Part shown: in pieces, positions 9,834 through 23,084 of the stretch
Numbering within the stretch: the first letter of the stretch is position 1
Layout: each line of letters starts with the position of its first letter
From: Planctomycetota bacterium
Lineage (GTDB): Bacteria > Planctomycetota > UBA1135 > UBA2386
DNA length: 64,000 nucleotides
Direction of reading: 5' to 3'
NCBI GenBank assembly: GCA_046290465.1
Contig: JBKAGP010000001.1
Location: 1,888,001-1,952,000 of the forward strand
Notes under the pieces: generated by a model
The model's database searches: none
What the model saw: only the letters and a program-made list of their open reading frames with translations
What the model was told of the DNA's origin: nothing
Made by a program: the position numbers and the translations under genes

Positions 9834-11147
9834 ACGAACGCATGCGCTGCATCGCGCGCTCGAACGCGTCGATCTGGTCGCGGTAGCGCCGGATCGTCTC
9901 GCGCTTGCCGGCGATCGCGCGCGCGTGCACGTCCTTCTTGGCCTCCTCCCTGGCGGCCTGCTTGCGCCACCAGGTCTTGCGGGTGCGCCGATCGGCGATG
10001 CGCGCCTTGTCGAGGCAGTCCTGCTGCTTGTCGTGGTGGTGCTGCCACAGCTCCTGGCCCGACGCGACGTGCTCCTCGGCCCGCTCGATCTTGCGCCGCA
10101 GGCCGGCGCACACGGTCGTCAGCGCGTCGAAGTCCGGAAACGCGCAGCGCAACCGCTGCCGGTGCACGTCGTCGAACCAGCGCAGCGGCGCCGCGACGTC
10201 GAGGCCGCAGGCGCGGCAGGCGTCGAGCACGCCGAGGTGCTGCAGGCGCGCGTCGATCGCCGCCCCCTGGTCGCCGCTGCCGTCGCGCAGGCGCACGAAC
10301 TCGCGCGCGCAGCGCTCCGCCTCCGCGCGCCGGTCGGCACCGCGCGACATCAGCACCATCGCCAGCAGCAGCTGCGCGGCCGCGTCGCCGGGATCGCCGC
10401 GCACCATCGCGCGCACCTGCTGCTCGAGCCGTTCGCGGTGGCCGCTGGCGACCGCCGCGGCGAACGCGCGGTCGCGCTGCCGGTGCCGCGCCCGCGCCAG
10501 CCAGTCCGGGCGCAGCGGCCGCCCCGCGGCGAGCCGTTGGCCGAGGTCGCGCCAGTGCGGCAGCAGCCAGGCGGCTCCCTCGGGCACCGACGCGGTGACG
10601 TCGGCGCCGTCGGCGAGCGCGTCGGCGACGACCTGCCAGGGCGCCACCGCAGCGGCCGGATCGCACACCGGCGACGGCAGGCCCAGCGCGTGCGCCGTCC
10701 AGAACGGCAGGCGCAGGTCGCCGGGCCGCTGGCGCGCGACTGCCAGCAACCACGGCAGCAGTTCGTGCACGCCGCCGCCGCGCTGCACCCGCGCGCGGGC
10801 CTCGGCGCACAGCCGGTCGACCGCGACCGCATCGCAGCGCACCGGCAGCGCATCGCCGAACGTGCGCATCGCCGGCTCGAGCGGCGGCAGCCACGCCGGC
10901 GGCCGGCCGGCGGCGAACGCGCGGCGGTAGCGCGCATAGGCCGCATACTGTTCGTCGCGCTGGTCCTGGACCGCGAGCCAGCCGGCGAGGCGCCGCTCGA
11001 CCTCGGTCGGTCGCTGCCCCGACTCCGGACCGCTGCCCGGCCCGGAGTCCTGTGCGGGCAGCGCGCCGAGCCCCAGCGTGCCGATCGCCAGCGCGCCGAG
11101 CGCCAGCACGCCGAGCGACCCGACCGCCCACCGCCGCGAGGGCGCGC

Positions 11148-11151
<4 letters not shown>
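9817..11151 (-). CDS. Hypothetical exported protein, helical with TPR-like segment and C-terminal coiled coil
   Basis: GTGA coupling to kinase stop; hydrophobic signal ending LPA-Q; 3' end overlaps the symporter by 17 bp. Confidence 0.6.
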
Positions 11152-14114
<2,963 letters not shown>

Positions 14115-14241
14115 CCGTCTGTATCCGGCTCGGCGGTCCGGGTTACCGGGCCGCTCCTCGGACGTCGACCGGCGTCGATCCGTCCGCGTAGGCCGAATGC
14201 CGCAAGGTGTGTCGCGGTGGGAACGATTAGCCTGCGTGCGT

Positions 14242-14784
14242 ATGGCGAACGTCCCGGAAGAGGTCCGTACCGACCGACTGGTGCTCTCCCGGTGGCGAGC
14301 CGCCGACGCCACCGAACTGCGCGCGCTGCTCGACCGCTGCGACGCGCACCTGCGGCCGTGGATCCCGTTCATGCAGGACGAACCGCGCTCGCTCGAGGGC
14401 ACGCGAGAAAAACTGATCGAGATCGGCGCCTCGTTCGACGCCGGCGAGCACTTCCGATTCGCGCTGCGCGAACGCGCCACCGAGGCGCTGGTCGGCGAGA
14501 CGATGCTGATCGGCCGCGGCGGACCGGGCGCGATCGAGGCCGGCTACTGGCTCGACCAACGCCACTGCGGCAAGGGCTACGCCAGCGAAGCGACCGCCGC
14601 GCTGCTGCCGCTGGCCTTCGAGACGCTCGCCCGGCAGCGCGTGCTGGTGCGCTGCGACGTGCGCAACGAGCCGAGCCTGCGGGTCGCCGCCCGCCTGGGC
14701 GGCGTCGCGATCGACACCGAGCAGCTCGAAGAGAACGGCGAGACCGTGGTGCTGCGCGTGTTCCAGATCACGCCGACACGGTAG
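14242..14784 (+). CDS. GNAT N-acetyltransferase (RimJ/RimL-like)
   Basis: TDRLVL, EAGYWL, GKGYASEA, NEPSLRVAARLG. Confidence 0.85.
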   Translation: MANVPEEVRTDRLVLSRWRAADATELRALLDRCDAHLRPWIPFMQDEPRSLEGTREKLIEIGASFDAGEHFRFALRERATEALVGETMLIGRGGPGAIEAGYWLDQRHCGKGYASEATAALLPLAFETLARQRVLVRCDVRNEPSLRVAARLGGVAIDTEQLEENGETVVLRVFQITPTR

Positions 14785-14793
14785 CTTGCGCGC

Positions 14794-15987
14794 ATGACCC
14801 CTCCGTTCTCAGCAGGCCTCGCCGCGCTGGCGCTCGGCGCGCTCGCCCCGCTCGCCGCCCAGACCCGCACTGGCGTCGACGTGCTCGCCGCCGCCGACTG
14901 CAAGCAGCTCCAGGGCCGCAAGGTCGGCCTGATCACCAACCACACCGGCCGCACCGCCGACGGCCGCCGCACCGTCGACGTGCTGGCCGCGAGCGAACAC
15001 GTGCAGCTGGTCGCGCTGTTCTCGCCGGAGCACGGCTGGCAGGGCGTGCTCGACGAGAAGGTCGACGACACCGTCGACGCGGCCACCGGCCTGAAGGTGT
15101 TCTCGCTCTACGGCAAGACCCGCAAGCCGTCCGACGAGATGCTGCAGGGCGTCGACACGCTGGTGTTCGACGTGCAGGACATCGGCTGCCGCTTCTACAC
15201 CTACACCGCCACGATGCGGAACGGCCTCGAAGCGGCCGCCGAGCGCGGCCTGAGGTTCGTCGTGCTCGACCGGCCCAACCCGATCGGCGGCATCGCGATG
15301 GCCGGCCCGGTGCTGCAGAACCAGCGCCGCGACTTCGTCGCCGCCCACACCATCCCGCTGCGCCACGGCATGACGATCGGCGAGCTGGCGCGCATGATGG
15401 TCGGCGAGGCGGCGATCGAGGTCGACCTGCAGATCGTGCGCTGCCAGGGCTGGCAGCGCGCCGACCTGTGGCACGACACCGGCCTGCCGTGGATCGACCC
15501 GTCGCCGAACATGCGGCGCCTGACGCAGGCGCTGACCTATCCGGGCATCGGCCTGGTCGAGGGCACCAACGTCTCGGTCGGCCGCGGCACCGACACGCCG
15601 TTCGAGATCCTCGGAGCGCCGTGGATCGACGCGCGGGTGTTCGCCGCCGACCTCAACGCGCGCCGGCTGCCGGGCGTCACCTTCGTGCCGGTGCACTTCA
15701 CGCCGGACTCGAGCAAGCACCGGGGCAAGCGCTGCGGTGGCGTGCACATCCTGGTCACCGACTGGGCCACGTTCGAACCGGTGCGCACCGGCGTGCACGT
15801 CGCCTGCTCGCTGCATGCGCGGTTCGCCGACGACTGGGACACCAGGCGTCTCGACTGGCTGCTGAAGGACGAGGCGTCGACCGCGGCGATCCTCGCCGAC
15901 ACGCCCGCCGACGAGATCCTGTCGACCTGGAAGGCAAAGCTGCGCACCTTCGCGATGCGTCGCCGGGCATTCTTGATCTACGAATGA
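14794..15987 (+). CDS. namZ: Exo-beta-N-acetylmuramidase NamZ (DUF1343), exported copy
   Basis: GLITNHTG, FSPEHG, DVQDIGCRFYTY, LDRPNP, RHGMTIGE, SVGRGT; signal peptide. Confidence 0.9.
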   Translation: MTPPFSAGLAALALGALAPLAAQTRTGVDVLAAADCKQLQGRKVGLITNHTGRTADGRRTVDVLAASEHVQLVALFSPEHGWQGVLDEKVDDTVDAATGLKVFSLYGKTRKPSDEMLQGVDTLVFDVQDIGCRFYTYTATMRNGLEAAAERGLRFVVLDRPNPIGGIAMAGPVLQNQRRDFVAAHTIPLRHGMTIGELARMMVGEAAIEVDLQIVRCQGWQRADLWHDTGLPWIDPSPNMRRLTQALTYPGIGLVEGTNVSVGRGTDTPFEILGAPWIDARVFAADLNARRLPGVTFVPVHFTPDSSKHRGKRCGGVHILVTDWATFEPVRTGVHVACSLHARFADDWDTRRLDWLLKDEASTAAILADTPADEILSTWKAKLRTFAMRRRAFLIYE

Positions 15988-17156
15988 GCCCCCCCGTCGA
16001 GACCGGCCTCGAGCTCGCGCTGCGCGAACCGCCGAAGCGGCTGCGCGACGCGCGCGCGTTCGCGCTGCTGAGCAACCAGGCGTCGGTGACGCGCGGCTTC
16101 GCGCACGCCGCCGACGCGATGCACGAGCGCTTCCCCGATGCCCTGCGCGCGCTGTTCGGCCCGCAGCACGGCCTGTGGTCGACCGAGCAGGACAACATGA
16201 TCGAGACCGGCCACGCGCGCTACCGCGGCCTGCCGGTCTACAGCCTGTACTCGGAGACGCGGATCCCGACCGACGAGATGCTCGACGGCCTCGACCTGCT
16301 GGTCGTCGACCTGCAGGACGTCGGCACCCGCGTCTACACCTACGTCTGGACGCTGACCCACTGCCTCGAGGCGTGCGCCGCGCGCGGCGTCGAGGTGATG
16401 GTGCTCGACCGCCCCAACCCGCTCGGCGGCGCCGTCGCGGAGGGCGCGCTGCTCGAACGGGAGTTCACCAGCTTCGTCGGCCGCGCGCCGATCCCGATGC
16501 GGCACGGCCTGACCATGGGCGAGCTGGCGCTCTACTGCAACACCACGCTGGACGTCGGCTGCGAGCTGCACGTGGTGCCGATGCAGGGCTGGCGACGCGA
16601 CCTGCTGTGGCACGACTGCGGCCTCGCGTGGGTGCCGCCATCGCCCAACCTGCCGCGCGCCGAGGGGGCGCTGGTCTATCCGGGCCAGGTGCTGCTCGAG
16701 GGCACCAACCTCAGCGAAGGGCGCGGCACCACCACGCCGTTCGAGCAGTTCGGCGCGCCCTGGATCGACGCGCGGGCGCTCTGCGAGGCGGTCGGCGAGG
16801 TGCCGGGTGCCGTGCTGCGGCCGGTGTCGTTCGAACCGACGTTCCAGAAGCACCGGGGCGAACCGTGCAACGGGCTGTTCGTGCACGTCACCGAGCCGCA
16901 CGCGTTCCGTTCGTACCGGATGACGATGCAGCTGCTGCGCGCGCTGCGCGAACGGCACGGCGACGCGCTCTGTTGGAACGACCCGCCGTACGAATACGAG
17001 CAGCACCTGCAGCCGATCGACATCCTGGCCGGCGCGCCGGGCCTGCGCAGTTGGGTCGACGAAGGCGGCGACCCGGCCGGCCTCGACGCGCTGGCCGAGG
17101 CGCCGCCGGGCTGGTGGCCGTCGGTCGCTCCGTATCTGCTCTACCCCGAGCGATGA
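15984..17156 (+). CDS. Second NamZ/DUF1343 paralogue, no signal peptide
   Basis: FGPQHG, DLQDVGTRVYTY, LDRPNP, RHGLTMGE, SEGRGT; ATGA coupling to first copy. Confidence 0.88.
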   Translation: MSPPVETGLELALREPPKRLRDARAFALLSNQASVTRGFAHAADAMHERFPDALRALFGPQHGLWSTEQDNMIETGHARYRGLPVYSLYSETRIPTDEMLDGLDLLVVDLQDVGTRVYTYVWTLTHCLEACAARGVEVMVLDRPNPLGGAVAEGALLEREFTSFVGRAPIPMRHGLTMGELALYCNTTLDVGCELHVVPMQGWRRDLLWHDCGLAWVPPSPNLPRAEGALVYPGQVLLEGTNLSEGRGTTTPFEQFGAPWIDARALCEAVGEVPGAVLRPVSFEPTFQKHRGEPCNGLFVHVTEPHAFRSYRMTMQLLRALRERHGDALCWNDPPYEYEQHLQPIDILAGAPGLRSWVDEGGDPAGLDALAEAPPGWWPSVAPYLLYPER

Positions 17157-19177
17157 CCCCGCCCCCGCCCCTTCCGACCAGCGCGTCGTGGCGCTGGACC
17201 GCCGCCGCCGCGCTGCCGGCGCTGCTGCTGTTCGCGCTGCAGGCGGGCTGGCCGTGGCCGTTCTTCTCGGACGACTCGTTCATCTCGCTGCGCTACTCCG
17301 AACGGCTGCTGCACGGCGACGGCCTGACGTGGACCGACGGCGAGGCGGTCGAGGGCTACAGCAACCTTCTGTGGGTCGTGCTGACCGCCGCGCTCGGCGC
17401 GCTCGGCCTCGAGCTGGTCACCGCTGCGCGCGTGCTCGGGGCGCTGTGCACGGTCCTGGCGCTTTGGTCGCTGGCGGCGGCGCTGCGGCCGCGCGACCTG
17501 CGCACCGCGGCGGTCGCGTCGCTGGCACCGCTGCTGGTCGCCGCGACCCAGCCGGTGATGATCTGGTCGCTCGCCGGCCTCGAAGGGCCGCTGCTGCTGG
17601 CGCTGCTCGCCTGGGGCTTCGGCGGCCTGCTGCGGCGGTTCGGCGACCGCGACGCGCGCGACCGACTGCGCACCGGCGCGCTGCTCGCCGCCGGCGTGCC
17701 GTTCGCGCTCGCCTGCTGGACCCGCCCGGACGGCCCGCTGTGGGCGCTGGGCGCCGGCGTCGGCATCGGCGTGCTGGCGCTGCAGCGCGGCGTCGTCGCG
17801 GCGATCGGCCGCGCCTTCTGGTTCGGCCTGCCGGCGGTCTTGGCAGTGCTGGCCCAGCTCGCGTTCCGGCTCGCCTACTACGGCGACTACGTGCCGAACA
17901 CCGCACACGTCAAGGCGGAGCTCGACCCCGCCTCGATCGGCCCCGGCCTGCGGTTCGTGGGCGACGCGCTGCTGGCGATGCCGGCGCTGAGCGGCGCCGC
18001 CGCGACCGGCGCCGCGCTCGCCCTGCTGCTGCCGCGGACCCGCGCGTTCGTCGTGACGCTGCTGCTGCCGGTGCTGGCGTGGCTCGCGTACCTGGCCGCG
18101 ATCGGTGGCGACCACTTTCCGGGACTGCGGCTGCTGCACGGCGTGATCGCGCCGATGGCCCTGCTCGCAGCGCTCGGCGTGCACGCGCTGCCGTGGCCGA
18201 CGGTGCGCGCGGTCGTGGCGATCGCGCTGGCCGTCGGCGGTGCCTGGCTGGATGCGAGCGTCGCGCGCAGCGATCCGCGCAGCCGGCAGGCGCGCGGCGA
18301 GATCTGGGAGTGGCACGGCAAGGCGCTCGGCGAAGCGCTCGGCCGGGCGTTCGCCGAACGGCAGCCGCGCATCGCGGTCGACGCGGCCGGCGCGCTGCCG
18401 TACTACAGCGGCCTGCCGGCGCTCGACATGCTGGGGCTGTGCGACCGCACGATCGCGACCACGCCGTTCCCCGCGTGGATCGAGACGATGCGCAAGGAGA
18501 TCCCGCGGCCGCCCGGCCACATGCGCGGCAACGGCGCCTACGTGATGGACCGGCAGCCGGATCTGATGGTGTTCCAGCACGCGCCCGGCCTGCCGCTGCC
18601 GGTGTTCGTCAGCGCCTGCGAGTTCGAGGCCGACCCGCGCTTCCTCGAGCACTACCGGCTGTTCCTGCTCGACCTGCACGAACCGGAGATCCTGCCGGGC
18701 CTGCGGCAACCGCACCTGGCGTCGATCTGGGTGCGCGTCGACGGCCGCGCCGGGATCCGGCGAACGCCCGACGCGGTCACCGTGCCGGCCTACCTGTTCG
18801 GTTCGTACCGCCTCGGGGGGCCGGCGATCCGAAAGCACCAGCCGCCGACGGGCGACCCCGCGGCCGACCGCGCGGCGCTGGCCAACCTCGGCCGCACCGC
18901 GCAGTTCCTGACCGCGCGCAGCCCGTTCGCCGAGCCGGGCGACGACGGCGCGCTGCAGCTGGTGCTGGCGCCGCGGCAGGTCGTGACGTTCGCGCTCGAG
19001 CTGCCGGCCGGCAGCTGGCTGGCTCGCAGCATGCCCGAGCACGGCGGCGCGACGGCGGACTTCGAAGGCGCCGAACGGATCACGCTGGCAGAATCCGGTC
19101 CCGCGACCGTGACCCTGCGCGCCGGCGACGCATCCGCGCGGCCGCAGCGCGTTGTGCTGCAGCGACTTCCCGACTGA
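17153..19177 (+). CDS. Polytopic membrane protein, probable GT-C-fold glycosyltransferase
   Basis: DDSFISLRY...EGYSNLLW first loop, GLEG, TRPDG, YYGDYVPNTAHVK, DMLGL motifs; many TM helices. Confidence 0.7.
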   Translation: MTPPPPLPTSASWRWTAAAALPALLLFALQAGWPWPFFSDDSFISLRYSERLLHGDGLTWTDGEAVEGYSNLLWVVLTAALGALGLELVTAARVLGALCTVLALWSLAAALRPRDLRTAAVASLAPLLVAATQPVMIWSLAGLEGPLLLALLAWGFGGLLRRFGDRDARDRLRTGALLAAGVPFALACWTRPDGPLWALGAGVGIGVLALQRGVVAAIGRAFWFGLPAVLAVLAQLAFRLAYYGDYVPNTAHVKAELDPASIGPGLRFVGDALLAMPALSGAAATGAALALLLPRTRAFVVTLLLPVLAWLAYLAAIGGDHFPGLRLLHGVIAPMALLAALGVHALPWPTVRAVVAIALAVGGAWLDASVARSDPRSRQARGEIWEWHGKALGEALGRAFAERQPRIAVDAAGALPYYSGLPALDMLGLCDRTIATTPFPAWIETMRKEIPRPPGHMRGNGAYVMDRQPDLMVFQHAPGLPLPVFVSACEFEADPRFLEHYRLFLLDLHEPEILPGLRQPHLASIWVRVDGRAGIRRTPDAVTVPAYLFGSYRLGGPAIRKHQPPTGDPAADRAALANLGRTAQFLTARSPFAEPGDDGALQLVLAPRQVVTFALELPAGSWLARSMPEHGGATADFEGAERITLAESGPATVTLRAGDASARPQRVVLQRLPD

Positions 19178-19316
19178 ACGCTGCGCCGCATCAGGTCCTT
19201 CACGGCGTCTTCACAGAGTGCTCGTCGGCGCCACACGGCGTCGCGCAGACTGTTTGGCTGCAATTCGACGCTGCCACCCGGCGTCGGGGCCAGACTCGCG
19301 AATCCAACTGAATCCA

Positions 19317-20762
19317 ATGATCCGATCCACCACCAAGTTCCTCGCCGCCTCGGCGCTCCTGATCGCGAGCGCCGCCGCGCAGGTCATCCCCACCGGCAGC
19401 GTCGTCGTGCTTCGCTGCGGTGACCCGAACGGCCTGACCCTGAGCGGCGATGCGCACCCGGTCTTCCTCGACGTGTTCGACTCGCAGACCAACGCGCTGC
19501 TCAACACCATCGAGATCCCGAGCAGCGCCAGCAACCCGCCGGCGACGCCGTCGTTCTCGCAGAACGGCTTCTCGTTCAGCGAAGGCTGCCTGAGCCTGTC
19601 GGCCGACAACCGCTACCTGGTCCTGGCCGGCTACGACCGCGCCATCGGCGCCTCGGACCCGGCCAGCGAGTCGGCCCTGACCACGCCGCGCATCGTCTGC
19701 ACGGTCGACACCCTGACCGGCGCGATCGACACCAGCACGCAGCTGACCGACGCGTTCGACCAGTCGACGTTCCGCGGCGCGACCAGCGACAACGGCCAGC
19801 GCTTCTGGGTCTCGGGCAACGGCGGCGGCGGCGGCTCGGTCCGCTTCGTGGCCAGCATCGGCGACAGCACCTCGACCGACATCGTGCAGGGTCCGTCGAA
19901 CGGCCGCTGGATCGGCATCCACAAGGGCCAGCTCTACATGAGCAGCGCCTCGACGAGCGCCTCGGCGCAGGGCGTGCTGCAGGTCGGCACCGGCCTCGAG
20001 ACGCAGCTGACCACGGCGACGATCCTCAACGGCTTCCCGCTGACGCAGCAGATCGCCGACGGCGCGCCGCACGGCTTCTGGTTCGCGGACGACCAGACCC
20101 TCTACGTCGCCGACGACTCCGGCTTCGCCGGCGGCACCAACTGCGGCGTGCAGAAGTGGACCGAGAGCGGCGGCACCTGGACCCGCCAGTACGTGCTGAC
20201 GACCGGCCCCGGCAACTGCGCGGTCGGCATCACCGGCATCGTGCGCGACGGCGTCGCCGAGATCTGGTTCACCGATGCGGCGGCCACCGGCTTCAGCAAC
20301 ACGCTCTACAAGGTCGTCGACACCGGCCCGAACGCGACGCCGGTGCTGGTCGCGACCGAGCCGGCCAACAGCGACTTCCGCGGCGTGCAGGTGATCGGCT
20401 CGACGATCGTCACGACCCCGGGCGGCTGCGGCACGGCCGAGCTGGCGGTCACCGCCAGCGGCCTGGTCGGCACCAACATCTACTCGCGGGTCAGCAACAC
20501 CAACGGCTTCGCGTTCACCAACATCAGCTTCACCCCGGTCGGCCTGCCGCTGCAGAACTGCGGCTGCACGGTGCTCTACGACCTCGGCTTCCTGGCCGGC
20601 CAGGCGGACCTGACCATCACGCTGCCGAACAACCCGGCGCTGAGCGGCCAGGTCGTCAACATCCAGGGCATCGACCTGTTCGACACCGTCACCGGCTGCG
20701 CGCCGATCGTGAACGGCCTGCCGCTGTCGACGACCGACGGCAAGAGCGTGCTGATCTTCTGA
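19317..20762 (+). CDS. Secreted beta-rich (propeller-like) protein with a distinct C-terminal domain
   Basis: Signal peptide AAA-Q; Thr/Ser/Gly/Asn-rich; strong codon bias. Confidence 0.8.
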   Translation: MIRSTTKFLAASALLIASAAAQVIPTGSVVVLRCGDPNGLTLSGDAHPVFLDVFDSQTNALLNTIEIPSSASNPPATPSFSQNGFSFSEGCLSLSADNRYLVLAGYDRAIGASDPASESALTTPRIVCTVDTLTGAIDTSTQLTDAFDQSTFRGATSDNGQRFWVSGNGGGGGSVRFVASIGDSTSTDIVQGPSNGRWIGIHKGQLYMSSASTSASAQGVLQVGTGLETQLTTATILNGFPLTQQIADGAPHGFWFADDQTLYVADDSGFAGGTNCGVQKWTESGGTWTRQYVLTTGPGNCAVGITGIVRDGVAEIWFTDAAATGFSNTLYKVVDTGPNATPVLVATEPANSDFRGVQVIGSTIVTTPGGCGTAELAVTASGLVGTNIYSRVSNTNGFAFTNISFTPVGLPLQNCGCTVLYDLGFLAGQADLTITLPNNPALSGQVVNIQGIDLFDTVTGCAPIVNGLPLSTTDGKSVLIF

Positions 20763-20876
20763 TCGCGGCGCTGGCGGTGCCTCGCCGAGGCGCCGCTGGC
20801 AACGGGGCGCGCCCTGCGGCTACCGCAGGCGACGGCAGACAGTTACGCTGTGGCGGGCTAGACCCCGCCCGCGTCC

Positions 20877-23072
20877 ATGTCGAAACCGTCCCCGCGCCTG
20901 AGTCGACGCCACCTGCTGGCGCTCGGCACGTTCCTGGTGCCGCTCACCGTGCTGGCGGTGCTCGGCTGGAACGAACTGCGCCGCAGCGGCGCGATGACCG
21001 AGGCGTCGCTGGCGCGTGAGGCGGAGCAGTTCCTGGCCAGCGCCAGCCAGGCGATCGAACAACGCATCGACCTCCAGGTGCCGGCCGCGCTGGCCGCGTC
21101 CGAACGCCGGCTCAACGACTACTCGCCGACGCGCACGACGATCCGGCTGCGCGAGGAGGACGGCATCGACGCCGTGCTCGACGTGCTGCTGCTGGACGAG
21201 CGCGGCGAACTGGAGTGGCCGACCCTGCCGCTCTACATCTACAGCCTGCCGCTGGCGCGCGAGCCCGAGACGTCCGGCACCGCGCAGAGCGGCGAGGGCT
21301 CCCGTTCGCGCTTCACCGACCTGGCCAAGGCCGAGGTGCTGATCGCCAACCGCCACCACGACCAGGCCATCGAACTGCTGCGCCGGTTCCTGTCGCAGAT
21401 CGAGGAGAGCCTGACGATCGACGACAGCGGCAGCTACTCGATCGACAACGTGCGCGAGGCCGAGGTCCACGCCCGCTTCCGGCTGGCGGCGCTGCTGCGC
21501 GCGGCGGGCGAGACCGAGGAGGCGCTGGCCGAGTTCCAGCGGGTGGTCAAGGCCACCGGTTCGTTCCAGGACTGGTCGCGACGGGTGCGCGAGATGCGGC
21601 AGTTCCAGCTGCTCGCGCAGAGCGTCGTCGCCGAGCTGGGCGACCCCGAGGAGCGCGTCGAGCTGATCCGCGCGATCGCCGAGAACGACTACTACTACCT
21701 GTCCGACGGCCTGACCGCCGCGATCGCGGGCCGCCTGGCGTCGACGTTCGTCGACACCGACCCGCGCCGGGCCGACGTCGACCGCTACCTGCTCGAGAAC
21801 GAGCAGCGCGTCGTGACCCGCGAGTTCGCCAGCTCGTTCGTCGGCTGGCAGCGTGGCCAGCTGCGCGCCCGCCTGCAGGGCATGCTCGCGCCGGCCGCGC
21901 TCGAGGTCGTGCCCGAAGAGCGCCTGATCACGCGCATCGAGGACTACCTGTCGCTGCTGGCCGTGCGCCCGCGCGCCAACGACCCGCGCATCGACTTTCG
22001 CGGCGCGTTCGTCGCGATCAACTTCGACCTCGCCGCGCTGCTGGAACCGGCGCTCGAGCCGTTCGTTCGCGCCGACGGCAACTTCGTGCTCGGCGTGACC
22101 GTGCCCGACGGCGGCGAGCTGGTGCCGACCCCGGACGACGTGCCGCGGGACTTCCTGCCGGCGGCGCTGATGACGCCGTCGGGACTGACGCTGCGCGCCT
22201 ACCCGGCCGACCCGGCGCGGATGATGGCCGAAGCGGACTCGGCGTCGTTCAAACGCACGCTGCTGGTGCTGGCGCTGTTCTTCACCGCGCTCGGCGGCGC
22301 GCTGTGGTCGTGGCGGTCGGTGACCCGCGAGGCCGAACTCGCCGCGCTCAAGATCGACCTGGTCTCGCGCGTGTCGCACGAGCTGAAGACGCCGCTGGCG
22401 CTGATCCGGATGTATGGCGAGACGCTCGGCATGCGGCGCGTTCGCGACGGCGAACAGGCCGCCGAGTTCGGCACGATCATCGCACGCGAGTCCGAGCGCC
22501 TGACGACGCTGATCCAGCGCATCCTCGACTTCTCGCGCCAGCAGGCCGGCACGCTGACCTACTCCGCGCAGCCGTACGACATCGGCGAACTGCTGCGCAC
22601 CACCGCCTACGCCTACGCGCCGCACCTCGAGGAGAAGGGCGTGTTCCTGGTCGACAGCCTGCCGCTCGGCATCACCGTCGTCTGTGACCAGGACGGCCTC
22701 GAGGGCGCGATCATCAACCTGCTCGAGAACGCGACCAAGTACGGCCAGGACGGCGTCGACGAGCACGAGGTCGAACTGCTGCTGCAGAGGGTCGGCGACC
22801 GGGCCGTCGTCGAGGTGCGCGACCGCGGCCGCGGCATCCCCGACGGCGAGCACGACCAGATCTTCGAGGGCTTCTACCGCGCCAGCAACAGCGGCGAGGT
22901 GCGCGGCGCCGGCCTCGGCCTCGGCATCGTGCAGCACTTCGCGCGCGCCCACGGCGGCGAGATCGAGGCGCTGCCGCGCGAGGGCGGTGGTACCATCATG
23001 CGACTCACGCTGCCGCTCGCCGGCCGTAGCAGCCCTGCCCTCGACGAGCATCCGAATCCCAAGTCCCCGTAG
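20877..23072 (+). CDS. Membrane sensor histidine kinase
   Basis: Two TM helices; VSHELKTPL H-box, NLLENATKY, DRGRGI, GAGLGL. Confidence 0.95.
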   Translation: MSKPSPRLSRRHLLALGTFLVPLTVLAVLGWNELRRSGAMTEASLAREAEQFLASASQAIEQRIDLQVPAALAASERRLNDYSPTRTTIRLREEDGIDAVLDVLLLDERGELEWPTLPLYIYSLPLAREPETSGTAQSGEGSRSRFTDLAKAEVLIANRHHDQAIELLRRFLSQIEESLTIDDSGSYSIDNVREAEVHARFRLAALLRAAGETEEALAEFQRVVKATGSFQDWSRRVREMRQFQLLAQSVVAELGDPEERVELIRAIAENDYYYLSDGLTAAIAGRLASTFVDTDPRRADVDRYLLENEQRVVTREFASSFVGWQRGQLRARLQGMLAPAALEVVPEERLITRIEDYLSLLAVRPRANDPRIDFRGAFVAINFDLAALLEPALEPFVRADGNFVLGVTVPDGGELVPTPDDVPRDFLPAALMTPSGLTLRAYPADPARMMAEADSASFKRTLLVLALFFTALGGALWSWRSVTREAELAALKIDLVSRVSHELKTPLALIRMYGETLGMRRVRDGEQAAEFGTIIARESERLTTLIQRILDFSRQQAGTLTYSAQPYDIGELLRTTAYAYAPHLEEKGVFLVDSLPLGITVVCDQDGLEGAIINLLENATKYGQDGVDEHEVELLLQRVGDRAVVEVRDRGRGIPDGEHDQIFEGFYRASNSGEVRGAGLGLGIVQHFARAHGGEIEALPREGGGTIMRLTLPLAGRSSPALDEHPNPKSP

Positions 23073-23084
23073 GAACCCAATCCG

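Noticed and set aside
14120..14147. GGTAAC-N16-GATAC upstream of the kinase as an ECF promoter
   Set aside because: The -10 lacks the CGT core and a single instance is too weak to call
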